A DNA stretch of 64,000 bases from the human T2T-CHM13v2.0 reference genome, Homo sapiens: NCBI RefSeq assembly GCF_009914755.1, contig NC_060929.1; one strand, 5' to 3'. Positions within the stretch are counted from its first letter, which is position 1, and each line of letters opens with the position of its first letter. The notes under the pieces are model-generated. The model worked only from the letters and a program-made list of their open reading frames with translations, did no database searches and had not been told where the DNA came from. The position numbers and the translations under genes are program-made. Below are positions 45,283 to 60,990 of the stretch, one piece after another.

Positions 45283-45517
45283 CAGCCCCTCCCCTCTCCC
45301 TCTGCTCTCCCTCCCCTCCCTTACCCTTCCCTCTGCTTTCTCTTGCTTCTCCTCCCCTCCTCTCCCCTCCGCTCCCCTCATCTCCTCTCCCTTCCTCTCC
45401 CCCCTCCCCTCCCCTCCTTTCTTCCCTTCCTCTCCCCTCCCCTCCCCTCCTTTCCCCTGCTCTTGTCCCCTCTCCCCTCCCCCCCTCTTCCTCTCCCCTC
45501 CCCTCACTCCCCTCCCA
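45283..45517. repeat. (CCCCT/CCCT)n C-rich low-complexity tract
   Basis: Near-pure C/T strand; G-runs on the minus strand. Confidence 0.9.
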
Positions 45518-47329
45518 GCCTCATCTCTGCCCACTCCATCATGCTCTGCGCGCCCCACTCACTCACTGACAAGCAGCCTGGGCAAAACAACCTCCCACAA
45601 ACAAAGCAGGGGGCCCTGTTTTTCTTCTGATAACATCTCCTGATCTCATTATTGATTATCTGCTTTCTTGGGCCTTGTTTCCGGAAAGTTTGACATAGGA
45701 CAACAGAGGTGACAGAAGGTTGGCCCTGGGCCCTGGACATGAATAGGCCAGCCATGGTCCGCACCGCAGCGGAGCTCAGCCAAGGCAGTCAGGCTGTCTT
45801 GACTTCATCTCTCCCTCCTTTATCTCGAATTTGTCTTGAACCCTCCCAGGCAATTCACTATCCTTGTCACTGATTTTTATCACCCCCATGTGCCCCTATG
45901 AGGAACTGCTTTTTGACTGATGAACCAGCTCCTCATTTAAACAACTGAGTGCTTCACCTCCATGTGAAAACAGCTCTCTCAACAACAAGAAGAAGAATGC
46001 CCTATTTACATCAATCCTTGGCCAGGACTCTTGTGCTGAAAATTTGCCCCAGCTCTCACCGCGGGCGCTCTGTGAATGCCAAGCGCTCCTGCAACCTGAC
46101 TCCGTGCATGGGATATTCCCCCACCCACAGTTCCACCCAGAGCCAGGGGGCCTCCGGAATGCAGCCTCAAAAAGCCAGCTTGGAACAACAGATTCATACA
46201 CGGCCCCTCCTGTCTCAGAGTCTCTGCGGCAGGTGCCTGGGTCTTCTGGCGTCTGAGGCCAGCTCCGCCACGGCATCTGTGGTCCCCTGAGCACAGATCT
46301 CTTGCAGTAAGCACAGTGTTCAACATGCAGTTTCTTTTCTCCAACTGCCGACAGTCCCCCACCCCCAACTCACTGCCTCTAGGCCAATACTGGGTCCTCT
46401 TCCCTCTGACTTGGCCTCTTCCCTTGGCTGCTGGCCCTGCAGGATGGAAACAGTGTCTGTGGCCAGAGCAGAAGAGAGAGGATGCTCAGTGTTTAGAGCC
46501 GAACATTCTCAGTGGCGTGTCACCAGATTTGATGTTGCTGAGCAGCCTTCTGCACATTCCTGCCCTCTTCAGGGTTTCAGCCACCTGAGCCACCTTCTTG
46601 CTGCATATGCAGTGGAGGTGAAAACTTCTGTGCATCTGAGGTTGAGTTTGGAAGGCAGGGTGAGGCTTTGACACTGGATTTCTCACCGGTTCTGATGACG
46701 CCATACTCTTGAGGGTTTCTCTTGGCTTCCTAAGGCCCCAGGCGTTTGCTTCCCCTCTCACAGCCTTCGGAGAGGCCTGTGACTTTACAACCAGGCACAG
46801 CCAACGTACAAGAATCACATGGGACTTGGTCCACAGAGCAGGTGCAAAGAAACAGTTCCCAACCGTGTTCGTCTTTCCATTGCTGATACAGATTCTCCAA
46901 AATGTAACTGCAGGCCAAAGACCCCACCTGTCCTCACTGCAGCCAGGAGACACACAGGGTGCATGCATGGTTTGGGGATGGCTGGAAGCTCAGCTGTGGT
47001 CCTGGTCCCATTTTATCCTAGCTTTGCAGAAGCTACAGTTCTCATGCTGCCTCTCAGCATGCATGCATTTTCCTCCCCTGTAACTGAAACTAAGAAGGAG
47101 TCTCTCCCTCTGAGGTTTTCTTCATCCCATCTATCAACATGATTAATTTGATTATCAATATGATTAATTTACAGAATTCACTCCTCAGAAGAACCAGGAC
47201 CCAAACAGTCTGCTTAGGTCCAAAATTTAGGAGTCAGCCTCCACTCACTTTTCTTCACAACCTGCCCGGTCCCATCCAATCCACTTTGGGGAGCCCCTGG
47301 AACCTCTTTCCAGAAGGTCTAGAATCTAA

Positions 47330-47978
47330 GTCCTTCCATGATCTTTGTTGATGCTACTCCCTCAATCCACCCCCACCTTTATGCTGGAGGTTTGCAGCTC
47401 TCTGCTCCTCCTCCCAGGCCCATAATCCATGCCACACGGCAGTCTGAGGGGCCTTCTAAAAATATAAACCACAGCATGTCCCCCATAAGCACCAAAATGC
47501 TTGCTAGCAGCTCCCCATGGGACTTAGAACCCAAATGTCACTTCAGCCTGGAAGGTTCTTCACGTCTGGCCCTCCCCCATCCCACCCGTCTCTGCCCTAC
47601 CCACACTGCTCCTTGTGCAGCTCTGATGAGCTCATTCCCACCCCAGGACCTTTGCACTGGTTGCAAAACTCTTCTCCCAAACTCAGACATCACCTCCATG
47701 GCCTCCTTACAGAGAAACACTCTTCCTGTTCCTCCCACAGCCACACTGTATTTGCTTAGCTTATTTAATCAAACAGAATTATTTTATATCTATTCCAGGT
47801 TGTGGTTTTTGTTTGTTTGTTTGTTTGTTTTTTTGCAGCTGTCTTCCTCTACTGCAGGAGCTCCCAGAGCTCAGGGATCATTTGTGTCTTTCCCAGGTCA
47901 GGCCTGGCTCAGGGTCACCTCCCCAGGGGCCAGCACGTAGCCATCCTCGATGTGTGCATTCTGAATAATGAGCAAATG
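47330..47978 (+). mobile_element. L2 3' region
   Basis: ccccaggacctttgcactgg, gagctcccagagctcagggatcatt and an ending tgaataatgagcaaatg. Confidence 0.65.
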
Positions 47979-49619
47979 GCAGGGACGCTGAAGAACACAA
48001 GAAACAGTGAGGTTGTCTAAGCTTGGGCTGAGTTTCCTGATGACCCTTGGTGGCTCTCATCTCTTCTACATCTCAGTTTTCCAATCTTTAAATCATGAGT
48101 GATGGAACTTGATACTCAAAGAAGCTATATGTTTTGGTGAAATTTTGCTACTAATGATTTTGAGGGGTAACGGGAAAATTCTGCAAGGTAAAATCCTCAT
48201 GGGAGGAGTACACGATGTCTGCAAGAGGGCTTTCCAGGATGGCCTCAGAACAGCAGCCTGAAGAACCTGCTCTCTTCGGGGGAGATTTTGCTCATCAGTA
48301 TCACATCTACCTACTGCCAAGTGTTACCCACATTTGCTTCATGGAGCCTGTTTGTGGCTCTGCCAGGGAGGTACTTATAGGCATTTTCTATCAAAGGTGA
48401 TGTTCACAGGTCAGATGCAAGGGCCACCTGCGGTGCTTAGAACCTCAGTTCACTGAGGGTATAGCTGATTTATAGGAGCCCGTGTCTTGTGCTCAGGTGG
48501 GAACACAATCCAGGAGCCACATGGAAGTGGCTAGTGTGATGGCCGAAGTCAGGAAGGGGGGAGAATTCTTCCAGACCTCCATGGTGAATCTGGGGGTCAC
48601 ATGGAGGAAAGGCTCCAACTGCAGAGACAGCCTGTCTGGGAAAAGCTGGACATTAGCCACACCCATACACAGAGGGGACGCTTCCAACCGCTGACTCAGG
48701 CATTGTCACCCAAACACCAGAATAAAATGGTTTGGTTTCTGGTAGAGTTTTCTTTCTCCATAATTGGAAGAGCATGCAAGTCACAGCACAGACGCTACAA
48801 GCAACGTGGGAGCAGCTCTCACCCAACCATGTTAGTTTAGAGAGTGAATACCTCGGGCCAGCAAAGCCCAGAATGTTTTTCAAGATCAGCGGGCATAGGC
48901 AAAAGTGGAACCCAGCTTGGGGCCAGCACGCAGCACTGCCTTCCACACTGGTCCAAGGGAAAATCCTCCTTCAGGGTCTTCAGTGGCACTGACGGGATTG
49001 ATGGGATGACTTCACAGAGCGCGTCCACCTTTTCTCACTCTGTCGAACTTGCCCAGTATTCCTCCAAGCACTCCCAGGAGGTCTGTCAGACATGGGACCT
49101 CCACACTTTGGAGAACAAAACCAAGTCTTTCAGGAAAGCATGTTAATCAGAATTGTAAGATTGGGTAAAATGATGAGAGCTCCTCATCCCGGCTCCTGCC
49201 CCCAGTGTGTGTTACGGATTGAGGTCAGAGGGCAGGACTCGGATGTCCTCCTCATGGGTCTCCTCACCTGGGGAACAGCCGTGATCCTGGCGGAACCCTG
49301 GCTTCGGTCTAGAAGGGCTCTCAGTGCCCTCAGTATCCTGCCAGCCTAGTCTCCAGGGCAGGCTTTCTGTGCTAGGACATCCCGCCCAAGGGGAAGTGGC
49401 AGTGCCTTCACCAACCCGCCTGACACTCCTCCAGACCAGACGACGCTGTCAACATTTGTTTCCCCCTAACCATTTGCTCTCCTTTTTGCCTGATTAACAT
49501 TGTGCCAGCCTGTTCCTACAAGAAGCTGGCATGTGCCAGAAGGACCCTGCAGTGCCTGGCACTGGGCGATTCCTCCTTGACTGTTGGTTAAGAGAAATCA
49601 TCAAGGGCTGAGTCCTTGC

Positions 49620-49725
49620 AGACTCACCTTGCCTGCAAGGTGAATCTTAAATGACCCAATGCATATAAAATGCAGAGCACAAGACCTGCTGCTCCACAGG
49701 TGTTTGATAAACGGCAGTGCAGGCT
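49620..49725 (+). mobile_element. MIR 3' fragment
   Basis: ttaaatgacccaatgcatataaaatgcagagcaca...tgtttgataaa. Confidence 0.5.
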
Positions 49726-49740
49726 ATTACTTGCACTGTT

Positions 49741-50083
<343 letters not shown>

Positions 50084-50118
50084 CTTGCACTGTTAACATT
50101 ATCATTACTCTTATTTCA

Positions 50119-50414
<296 letters not shown>

Positions 50415-51189
50415 TGATTCTTCAGTCTTTCAGTGGCAGAGATCTCCCTCACTCCTTCCATCCGTCAGTGTTGGACACTCTCCCCACCCACCCCCATCCC
50501 CTGAGGAAGGCCATTTTCAGCTTGGAAGTCCCGGGCGGGCATTGTTGGAAGTGGGGCCTCTCAGTAGTGCTTAGAGCCCTCTAAACCAGGTCTGGGGTGC
50601 GTGGTGGGTGAGGTGGGTACAGGGTTTCCTCAGGTCCGTGGTCTGTAGAAAAACTTCCGGTTCCTTTTTCCTAAACAAACTTTTTGACAGTAACATAGGG
50701 GTCCCCATCCCCTGCTGTCTCTGGAAGCCTTACCTTGCGCCTGTCCATTTCATTCCAAGTGATTAGTGGATTTTCAGGATCTACTTGTTCTGTGGGCTTT
50801 TCCCCTCCAACACTGACTGTAACTAAGGTGCTCCTGTAGGGGAACAAGCAGTGGACTTCCCCGTGTGTCCCTGAGTCCCACCTCTGCTCTGGCCAGCCTG
50901 TCCTGGACTCACGGCATGGTGGCCTGGCTCCCCTTCTGGACCAGGGCACAGATCCAGCTCTGGAACTGCTTGGTGGTAATGTCAACCCTAGGTAATGATG
51001 GCTCTGCATTTCTGTTGAATGGACAACCCAAGAAACAGGAACTTTAGGTTCTCGCCTGAGGCCTCAACCCTAAATCAATGCTGTTTCTTCTGGCTGGAAT
51101 CTGATTCAAGCACCTGATGCTTGAGAGGCGCCCCTCAGGGGCATGTAAACTGAGCACTGCTGAAGGCTCCGCCAGGCGTATTTCTACTA

Positions 51190-51331
<142 letters not shown>

Positions 51332-51509
51332 TTATGATTTATCCAAGCTTTTAGCCATGGCAGAAAGTATTTTGTTCTCTTTTGCTTTTTTAAATAATAA
51401 CTTTGTACATGTTTCTGAGGTTGTATTGGAGGTGTTGTATGAATTTTAAGGAACTGATGTGAAAAAATACTGCAAACCATAGAAAATAATTAATTTTTAC
51501 ATTTTTTAC

Positions 51510-52136
<627 letters not shown>

Positions 52137-52225
52137 TGAAAATAATTTATTAAAAAAAAATTGGAAAATAACCATAATATTACTTAATGTCAATTACTCA
52201 CATTTTTAAGAAGTATTTATTTTTT

Positions 52226-52518
<293 letters not shown>

Positions 52519-52948
52519 AAGAAGTATTTATTTTTTGTGGTTTGATGTAGTTTTTCTTCTTGCCAATTGTGACATTTTAAATATTTTTCCTAGAATTATA
52601 TTTTCAAATATTTTGGAATTTTTTAAAACTATTAAACTTAAAAACAGGAACAGTAAGTAGTGACTTTGGAGGGCAGGATAATGCCGGTCAGGATGCAGAG
52701 CAAGGGGAAAGCTCCTGGAAGAGTGTCTCAAGGGTGTCGAGCAAGATGTGTGTTGACGGAGACATGGAGACAGGGAAACCATCCAGGCCCTGCTGCAACT
52801 CCCTGTGGAATCAAGACTCCATGTTGAGACCTTAGATCACAACGGCAGGACTGATGATGTGATTGTGTATCAATATACAACCTTTACCTGAAAGAACGTG
52901 AAATTATTCCCAATACCATATGATAGCTGAACATTTAAAACAAATAGG

Positions 52949-53248
52949 GGGTGGGCACGGTGGCTCACACCTGGAATCTCAGCACTTTGGGAGGCTGAGG
53001 CCGGTGGATCACCTGAGGCCCAGGAGTTTGAGACCAGCCTGGCCAAAATGGTAAAACCCTGTCTCTACTAAAAATACAAAAATTAGCCAGGCATGGTGGC
53101 AGGTGCCTATAATCCCAGCTACTCGGGAGGCTGAGGCGGGAGTATTGCTTGAACCCTGGAGGCAGAGGTTTCACTGAGCCGAAGTTGCGCCATTGAGCTC
53201 CAGCCTGGGGGACAAGAGTGAAACTTCGCCTCAAAAAGAAAAAAAAAT
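52949..53248 (+). mobile_element. Alu (AluSq-like)
   Basis: gggggacaagagtgaaacttcg end; TSD aaatagg. Confidence 0.92.
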
Positions 53249-53395
53249 AGGATTCCTCCTTTAGGTTTGCCTAAGAGCACTCAGTATTGAAGCAAAGGGG
53301 GAACTGCACCCACACAAGGCCGCTGGTGCTGCCACGTGTGTGGGGCAGATGGGATCCCAGGAGCACTTTGCGAGTGTCCCCCTCCCTAAACACAA

Positions 53396-53769
53396 TGTTA
53401 AAAGAAAACCTCAGACAAATTAAATTTAACAGAGTTTAATTGAGCAAATAACGATTCACTGATCCGGCAGCCTCCGAGCCTGAGTAGACTCAGAGTCCAG
53501 CGCGGCCACGTGGTGGAAGATGTATAGACAGAACACGGAAGTGAGGTACAGAAACAGCCAGAGAGGTTGTAGCCCGGCGTTTGCCTTATTGGAACACAGT
53601 TTGACCAGTCAGCGCCCTTTGATTGGCCAAAACTCTGTGATTGGCCGAAGAGCAGGAGGTTAGTCTGTTTCCACCTCCACATAAGCTGCCGTTCACTATG
53701 TGCAGAGAACCCTTTAGGCTGAACTTAAAATTCATAAGGAGGCAGCTTTAGCCTAAACTTGATTTGACG
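53396..53769 (-). mobile_element. MER57-type ERV1 solo LTR
   Basis: tgttaaaagaaaacctcagacaaattaaatttaacagag...aaggaggcagctttagcctaaacttgattt; two gattggcc boxes. Confidence 0.88.
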
Positions 53770-53896
53770 CCAAGCATCAAGGCACACAATTCATATTTTC
53801 TGGCTGGTCTCTGTCATATTGGATACTACCTTGCAGAAGTGTCTTCAGAGCTTTAGAGTAACCTTCCATGCTGCTCTGAGATACCCATGCAAATAA

Positions 53897-54270
<374 letters not shown>

Positions 54271-55179
54271 GGCCTGGAGCTTTTTAACTATCACTCAGTC
54301 TCAATTTTTCCATTTTGAGGAAACTTTTCCCTGATGAAGAGTTAACGATTCCCCTGCCATCCTGACCTGTCTAGGACTGTGTGTGTGGAAAAATCATGCC
54401 CGGATCAGGCCACATACCCCTAGAATCAGAGCTGTTTCCTAGGGATGTCTAACTTTGTGTGACTGTGGTCCTTGGTATTCTTAACCAGTCACTGGCAATT
54501 CATTAGTATTTAAATTTATGCTAATTTCATCAAGGTGTGAAAAGATCTTTTTCTTGCATATACATGAAAGAACCATATTACTATTCAACTGGCTTTTTTC
54601 CTCTCTTTTTAACCCAAGAAAAGCTTGTTGTGACTTAACAAAAGAGAAGGCAGAAATACTACAAAAACACAATCTAGAAAAAGCCTTACGTGAAGCTCTT
54701 ACATTCTTTTTTTTTTTAACTTTTAAATTTCATGTTGTAAATGTAACAGTCCTCCTAGAAATATGAGTGCACAATAGCGGGAGAAATGCCACTTTACATG
54801 TGTGTGCACCGAGATCACAATCAGACACTTGACATCTTAGGAGTTCAAGATTGCATCCTAAAATGCCATCTACCATATTATTATCTCTGCCATTTACATA
54901 ATTTAGGTTTTTCTCCAGGACGGGAAAAACATGCTACATAGCATTCAATAGCATTTCCCAACCCTACTGCATCTCACCGATTTGTCTACTAAGGATGTAT
55001 GAAGACATCTTCAAAATTGGTCCTCATGTTCATATATATATAATCACATATATATCTCATATATGTTCACAGGCATATCAAAGTGAACTTGCAGTATAGG
55101 GGCAAACATAATCTGTCCCGACTGCAGACAGCCTGAAAGCCATCGCCCTGGCATAGGAAACTAGAGGCTTCTGGTGGGG

Positions 55180-55620
55180 GGTCACTGCCCCGGAGAAGTC
55201 CTCTGGTCCGGTCCACGGTGCTCCCTGCTTCCCCCTGCACTGCCCGCACCTACGGCAGCCACAGTCTCCCCAAAACTCTTGTGATGGCTCCACAAGGCAT
55301 GCCCTGCCCTTATGATACCATTTAATCGTGTTATAAGGCGGCCTGGCGCGAGCTTGTCGCGAGGGCAGATTGCGCGGCCCCTATAGATTTGCTGTCATCC
55401 TGTAGGCTTCCCACACAAGACAGAGGCCTGGTGACGCACAGCGGGAACCCGGGGCTTGCAGGGTTAAGTACTCCCTGCCTCCTGGCTGGGGGTTCCACTA
55501 GCATCCGCAGGCGGGCGGGACTGGGCCCCATCCCTCACAGTGCCGATGACACGATGGATCTCGCCTGTCACTGTCATTACAGTCAGCTTCACTCCACCGC
55601 CGATAAGAAGGCCACTCCCC
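55180..55620. promoter_or_regulatory. CpG-enriched unique patch (candidate orphan CpG island or enhancer)
   Basis: ggcggcctggcgcgagcttgtcgcgagg, ttgcgcggcc, gtgacgca and ggcgggcggg in non-repeat DNA. Confidence 0.45.
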
Positions 55621-56483
55621 TAAGCACGGAGAAGGCAGATATTTTTCTACCTAATTTTAGGGAAAGAGCTCTTACAGGTGTCCTTTCAGCAGGATTTGAG
55701 ATGTCTCACTCTGATCGCACATCCAGGAGGCAGAAGACTCCTATCACTCCATAAATTAATTTCAGTCCTTTAGACTGGAAATATACTATCTGTGCATTTT
55801 ATTGGAAAACACCAACACTTCTAAAAGGCAGCCTTTCAAATTTTGAAGCGTGGAGGTAAAACTTTTAGAGTGTAGCCTTTTGGAGGTATTTATGAAACCT
55901 TAAATATGCTCACACACTCATTCTGGACGGTGTCTTGAAAATTGCTTCATTTGTTTTGTTCGGTGATCAAAACAGCCAGGCATTCTTTTAGAATGAGCAG
56001 CAGGGGAAAACATTGAAGTTATCTCAGCAGGATTGAATCTAACTTTTATCGTGTTGAGACTCATGTGCAAACTACAGTGTTTGTCTCACCTATGACACTG
56101 TCAGGGAGAGGGCAGGGTAATTGATCCCCCCCCAAATGTGGAGTGCAATAAGGATGTCTTATTCCCTACATACAAAAGGGAACTTCTTGTGATGGCTGTG
56201 TTAACAGGAGCCTATGCCGTGGCTGAGTGTAGGGATAGTGTGGAAAATGCAGTGGAGAGCCACCTCCTAGGGCTGGAGATGCCAACATCACACTAGTAAG
56301 TCCCTGTCATTCTGCATCATCAATGCTGTCTAAGGGAAGGAGGAATGTTTATTTTCTGCACGTCGCTGCACTTCCAAAAGATACAGTTTTCAGCATGTGC
56401 TTCTGAATGCTTTCTTTAAAAATTCAAATATTTTTGCAAGTCAGCTGGGAGTAAGGAGTGAGATCTGGGCTGTTAGAGCTATC

Positions 56484-56493
56484 AGAGAGAGGG

Positions 56494-56548
<55 letters not shown>

Positions 56549-56550
56549 GA
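56484..56550. repeat. (GA)n microsatellite
   Basis: ~67-bp GA run with few interruptions. Confidence 0.97.
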
Positions 56551-57429
56551 CCCATTAAACTTCCCCAGAGTTTACTGATTACCCCATCACTTAAAGACAA
56601 CAACAAAAATTGTTCTACCAATGTTTCCAACAAGCTTCGTTTTGAAGTTTTAATCAGGTCTAAATGGAAAGTGATTGAGAATGGCGTGGTCTGCATTTTA
56701 ATCCCTGGAAACGCTCCCCGCCCCCAAGTCTTTGGCTGTGTGGCGTGTAGTGTGGCCTTGGGTTTCTGAGTGTTTCTAACATACATAATGAGCTCAATGT
56801 CAAGCTGTTGGATCTTTTGTTTTTAACAATAAGCATTTAGCTCAACTAAATGAATAGAAATTGCTTTAGTGAATTACAAAAGCCAAGGTCTTTTTAATGC
56901 ACCAATGATGACATTAATTATTTTCGACATTGTCTTATTTTTGCAAATGTATTAACTTAAAATTTGACTTAAAATGTAATAAATTCATTTACTGTTCCAA
57001 TTAAAAATGTGAAACATTCTTAGTAAATCAAAATGTCTGCTGATGGCGATGACAATCCTCCCGATAAAAAATAAACAGTCTGAGTGCATCACCGAATTCA
57101 TGATTCATGTGATTACGAATCTAACATAGCATCAGCACTGTCTACTTTTCCCTGTTTGAAAAGCAGTTAGGTGGCCAAGTTATAATGGGCCCCCAGCACT
57201 GCTGTGCTTCCTAAAGGGAGCTTGCCCATGGTAGGACCAGTTTCCCAACACTGCCAAACAACGGGGCCAATTTCCCTGCAAAGAGAGACCAGCATTCAAA
57301 AAGTTGCAGTGATCCGTCCTCCAGCACCCCCTCCACCCTCCTTCTGCAGTTGCCCGGAGAGATCTGAATGTCTTTTCCTAAATCTCTGTAATCCAATAAG
57401 CTTTTGTGTTTAGCAGCTTGTTTTGAAGG

Positions 57430-57560
57430 CTGTGCGGCACCCCAACCCAGGTCTCCGCAAGGCCCTCGGCAGGCAGGTGAGCGCCCCGGGGCCTGAGCGC
57501 TACGCCGGGCGAGAGGCCCGCGCAGCCCCAACCAGAACGTAATTTGTAATTAACTGTCAT
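57430..57560. promoter_or_regulatory. Short CpG-rich patch next to TAATT motifs
   Basis: gagcgccccgggg...cgctacgccgggcgagaggcccgcgc, then gtaatttgtaattaac. Confidence 0.35.
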
Positions 57561-59990
57561 TTACTTCTGTCTGCATTGACTTGTTGTTCAAAAGACAATG
57601 CAACTGGGCTGGTCACTCATTTCCCTTTGTTGTGGATATAATGTCTCTGAGATCTGGTTGTTTTCATAATGTTTAGAAACTCAGGGCTTACTCTCTTGAA
57701 ACCAGAAGGAGAAGGGGAATTCGCTGAAATAAATCCAACACAAATAATTTGTTATGCCGAGGTACATCAAACATTCTATTTGATGAAATGGGATAAACCA
57801 TCTTACAGAAGAACCACATACAGTTTAAGCCAGATAATTCAAATGACTGGAGTGAGTGTTCTCCCGAAGCACATCTTTTAAAATGCAGTCTTCAAAAGGC
57901 GATCTGTTCTGTAGCTGTAGACTCTAATTTATGCTCTCTTTTCAGTTTAATTATTTGCTTGTCACACTTTTCATTAGCAGAAAAATAAACAGAATGTGTG
58001 ATAGGCCTTGGATTGGGGGTCCGTGTTTCCAAGATTGACAAGTAATTCCAAGTTTAACTACTTGGAAATTAACAAAGCTTAGCTTCCATTTGAACAGAAA
58101 AGACTGGGAAAGTATTAAGAGGTTTTAAAAGCAAAAACATCAGATATTTTTGCAATTCGATCCCTAACAAATGCCCTGCTCATTCTTCCATATTTTGGGG
58201 GATTATAATAGTCTTGAGGGAGAGCAAATAGCTCATCTTAAACATTTAAAATTTTTACTTAAACATCTCAAATCTTACTGCAAACAGGAATGTCTGGAGG
58301 TTTAGAGTGCTCTGCAGTATTTTTCCTTTCACTCTCTCATTGCTATATAGTGGCATCCAGTGTCAGGCAAGTAATCCTTTGCAAATCACTGGGGTGCCAA
58401 GCAGGAGATAATGGCATAGGGAGTCACCCTGAGTCCCCCTCCCCTGAAAGCTGGGCTTCTGACCTAACCCAGGTCTCTCATCCTCCCAGGACCAAAAATG
58501 CAGAGGAACCTAATTGCCTGTTTATCTTGGAAAGTGAGGAGCCATCTCAATTGAGCTAATAGTCCCCATAACATTGTTTTCAAATGCATCAAACAAACGA
58601 AGTCCCCGCACAAAAAGGAGCTCAGACCGTCCATTAGATTGAGCCTCAAGCCTGGAAATGTGGGTTGGCTGCCACTTAACTTTTCCCATCATTTTGAACC
58701 ATTGAGAGCTCCACCGGCGCCACTTCTTCTCTCTCTATTAATGTGAAATATCTCCACACGGAAAGAGATCTCTGTAGAATATCTGTCATGTGTCTTGGTG
58801 GAGAGAGAGTGTGGGCAGAAGGGAGTTTTTGTTCAGACCACAGGTAATGCAGGCACCAACCCCAAGAAGACCACCTGGGGAGGGGGCCAGGCCCTGCTGG
58901 CCCTGGGCAGGGTACCGCCTGCCTTTCAGCTTCTAGGGACAGCAGTGGTGGCATCACCATTGAGCAGCAGCCACTCAAGAGTGCGAGAGTGCATTTTATG
59001 CTCGGCTTCCTCAAAACTGCAGAGTTGAAATTTACACCTTAGCTGCTGTGCTTCTCCCTGCTGTTAATTGGTAAAGGGAGCGCTGACCCTTTTGATCCGG
59101 GCGTCAAACCGCTAAATGCTCAAGTCTACTAAACTGTTCAGCAGGGCGGTGGCCTTCGATGATGGAGGTTCACTCATTCTCTCTCTCTCTGGCTTTCTTG
59201 GTTTACATCCAAGTTGCACAGAAATAAGAGATGACAGTTGTTATAGATATACCGGTTTAATTACTTGTCAGCTTATGGCTGGTATCTCAGCCAGTTGACG
59301 CAGAAGCTTAACTTTCTTCTAGTAGCTTAAATCCTGACCAACTGCTACAGCTTGTGTGTGTAGCCATACAACTCTGGATATGTTTAAGATAAAAAATAAA
59401 ATTGATGAGCCATCTTCCTGATTTGCTAGCTGAAGTCATCAGCCTCTGGTGCCCCTGATTCCATATAGACCTCAAGTGATGGGAATGAGACAGCCATGCT
59501 GACATTTAGGGGCTGGGGATACGTTTTAATTTCATTTTATAATTTCCTCGAGACTACACTAATACGCCCCTTATGCCGGTGTAGTGCAAATGGGAAAGCA
59601 CACATTGTATTCGTGATAAGGTGGAATTATAGCCAGGAGAATACAAATAGTGTAAATAATATAAAGAGATTTCTGCTGCTCTAATCCCAACCCTTCCTGG
59701 GTCTGAAGAGAGACCTGAATGCACTTGTGATTAAATGTTTTTGTCTGTCTCCACACTCAACCAGTCCCTTGTATTCAATTTCAACCCTTCCATTTAATAT
59801 TGGGTTTATTTCTCAGCATCTCCGTTTGAAACTCTGCTCCACACAGAAGCCACCCTTGACCCTGGCCTTGCGTGCAGGCCCCTTGCGCTCCACAGGTTGG
59901 GGCAGGACTCAGTGGTGAGGCTGGTTTGGCCACAGGCCAGCTCCTGGCTGTGCTGTGCCTCTCTGTGGTCCTACAGCAGGCTTTAGGGTG

Positions 59991-59992
<2 letters not shown>

Positions 59993-60030
<38 letters not shown>
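59993..60030. repeat. (GT)n microsatellite
   Basis: Uninterrupted GT run. Confidence 0.97.
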
Positions 60031-60032
<2 letters not shown>

Positions 60033-60299
60033 ATCCCTGGCTTTGTCATCCTCCAAGATACATAGTTTCCATTGAACTGAAGCAGATTATTGGTTACTAT
60101 AGTTTCCCTATTGCTCAATTCAGGGCTGTGAAAAGCCCAGCACAGTGGGTTGCAAAGTCCAGTTAGAAGGAAAGAAGAGGAATAAACGCCCCTCTACCTG
60201 GTCTTCCCTCTTTGAGATAATCTCGGGTTTGTGAGACCCACAATGGAGGGCTGGGTCATTGTTTGCCACTTAAAGGGGTCTTCCATTAAGTTTACTTTC

Positions 60300-60990
60300 G
60301 AAGTTAAGTGAAGCTCCCAGCCGCACGCGGCTTCCCCTGCGTGGCCATTTTCGGTGAGCTCAGGGGCTGCCGCTGGACTGGTTGATGCCCTGGTTTGCTG
60401 CCCAGGCCTAGGGCTTCAGTGCGCTCTCCACTCTGGCACAAAAGGGCGCTTTCCGCTCTTAGGCTTTGCAAAGACATATTCCGGGCTCTGATTCCCTGAT
60501 AAAATTGCAGCCCCCAGAATTTTGAGGTGAAGATATGGGAAATGTACATTCAGGGAGCTGAAAATGACCTCTTTCAGTAGACCACATCCACCCAGAAGCA
60601 TCTTCTGAGGGTGTGGGCACAGCTAATGCCTTCCAGGAAGCAACAGACACAGGTGACGGGGCCTGGCCGTGCCCTGGGGATTCGCGAGGGGGCTTTGTGC
60701 CTCTGGTGACAATGTTTACTTTCAGCCGAGGATGGCCAGGAAACAGTTAATTTGATTTGCGAGGCGAAAAGGTCGCATGTTTTGTTCAGCCCTTTCTCAG
60801 CCCCTTCCTCCCTCGCTCGGCCCCAGATCCATGGCAGCGCGGTTTCTCTCTGCCATAGTCTCGGCTGTGTCATGGCTGCATCCCACGTGGGCGACACACA
60901 GTGCCCCAGCGCCAGGCAGCGGGGACAATGGTCCCCAGCTCAGGGGGTTCCTTTGCCGGCGTCCCTTCCCCTTGGAATGCGCTTTCTTGC
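60300..60990. promoter_or_regulatory. CpG-enriched unique patch
   Basis: gccgcacgcgg, ttcgcgagg, gcgaggcgaaa, cccacgtgggcg; forkhead-type TGTTTAC nearby. Confidence 0.4.

Noticed and set aside
48837-49090. Coding-looking minus-strand frame (...ECLEEYWASSTE*EKVDALCEVIPSIPSVPLKTLKEDF...)
   Set aside because: In-frame stop, no recognised homologue, and no poly(A)/TSD to support a processed pseudogene.
58046-58067. Inverted repeat ttccaagt-N6-acttggaa
   Set aside because: An 8-bp stem is expected by chance in 64 kb and is too short for a miRNA hairpin or MITE.
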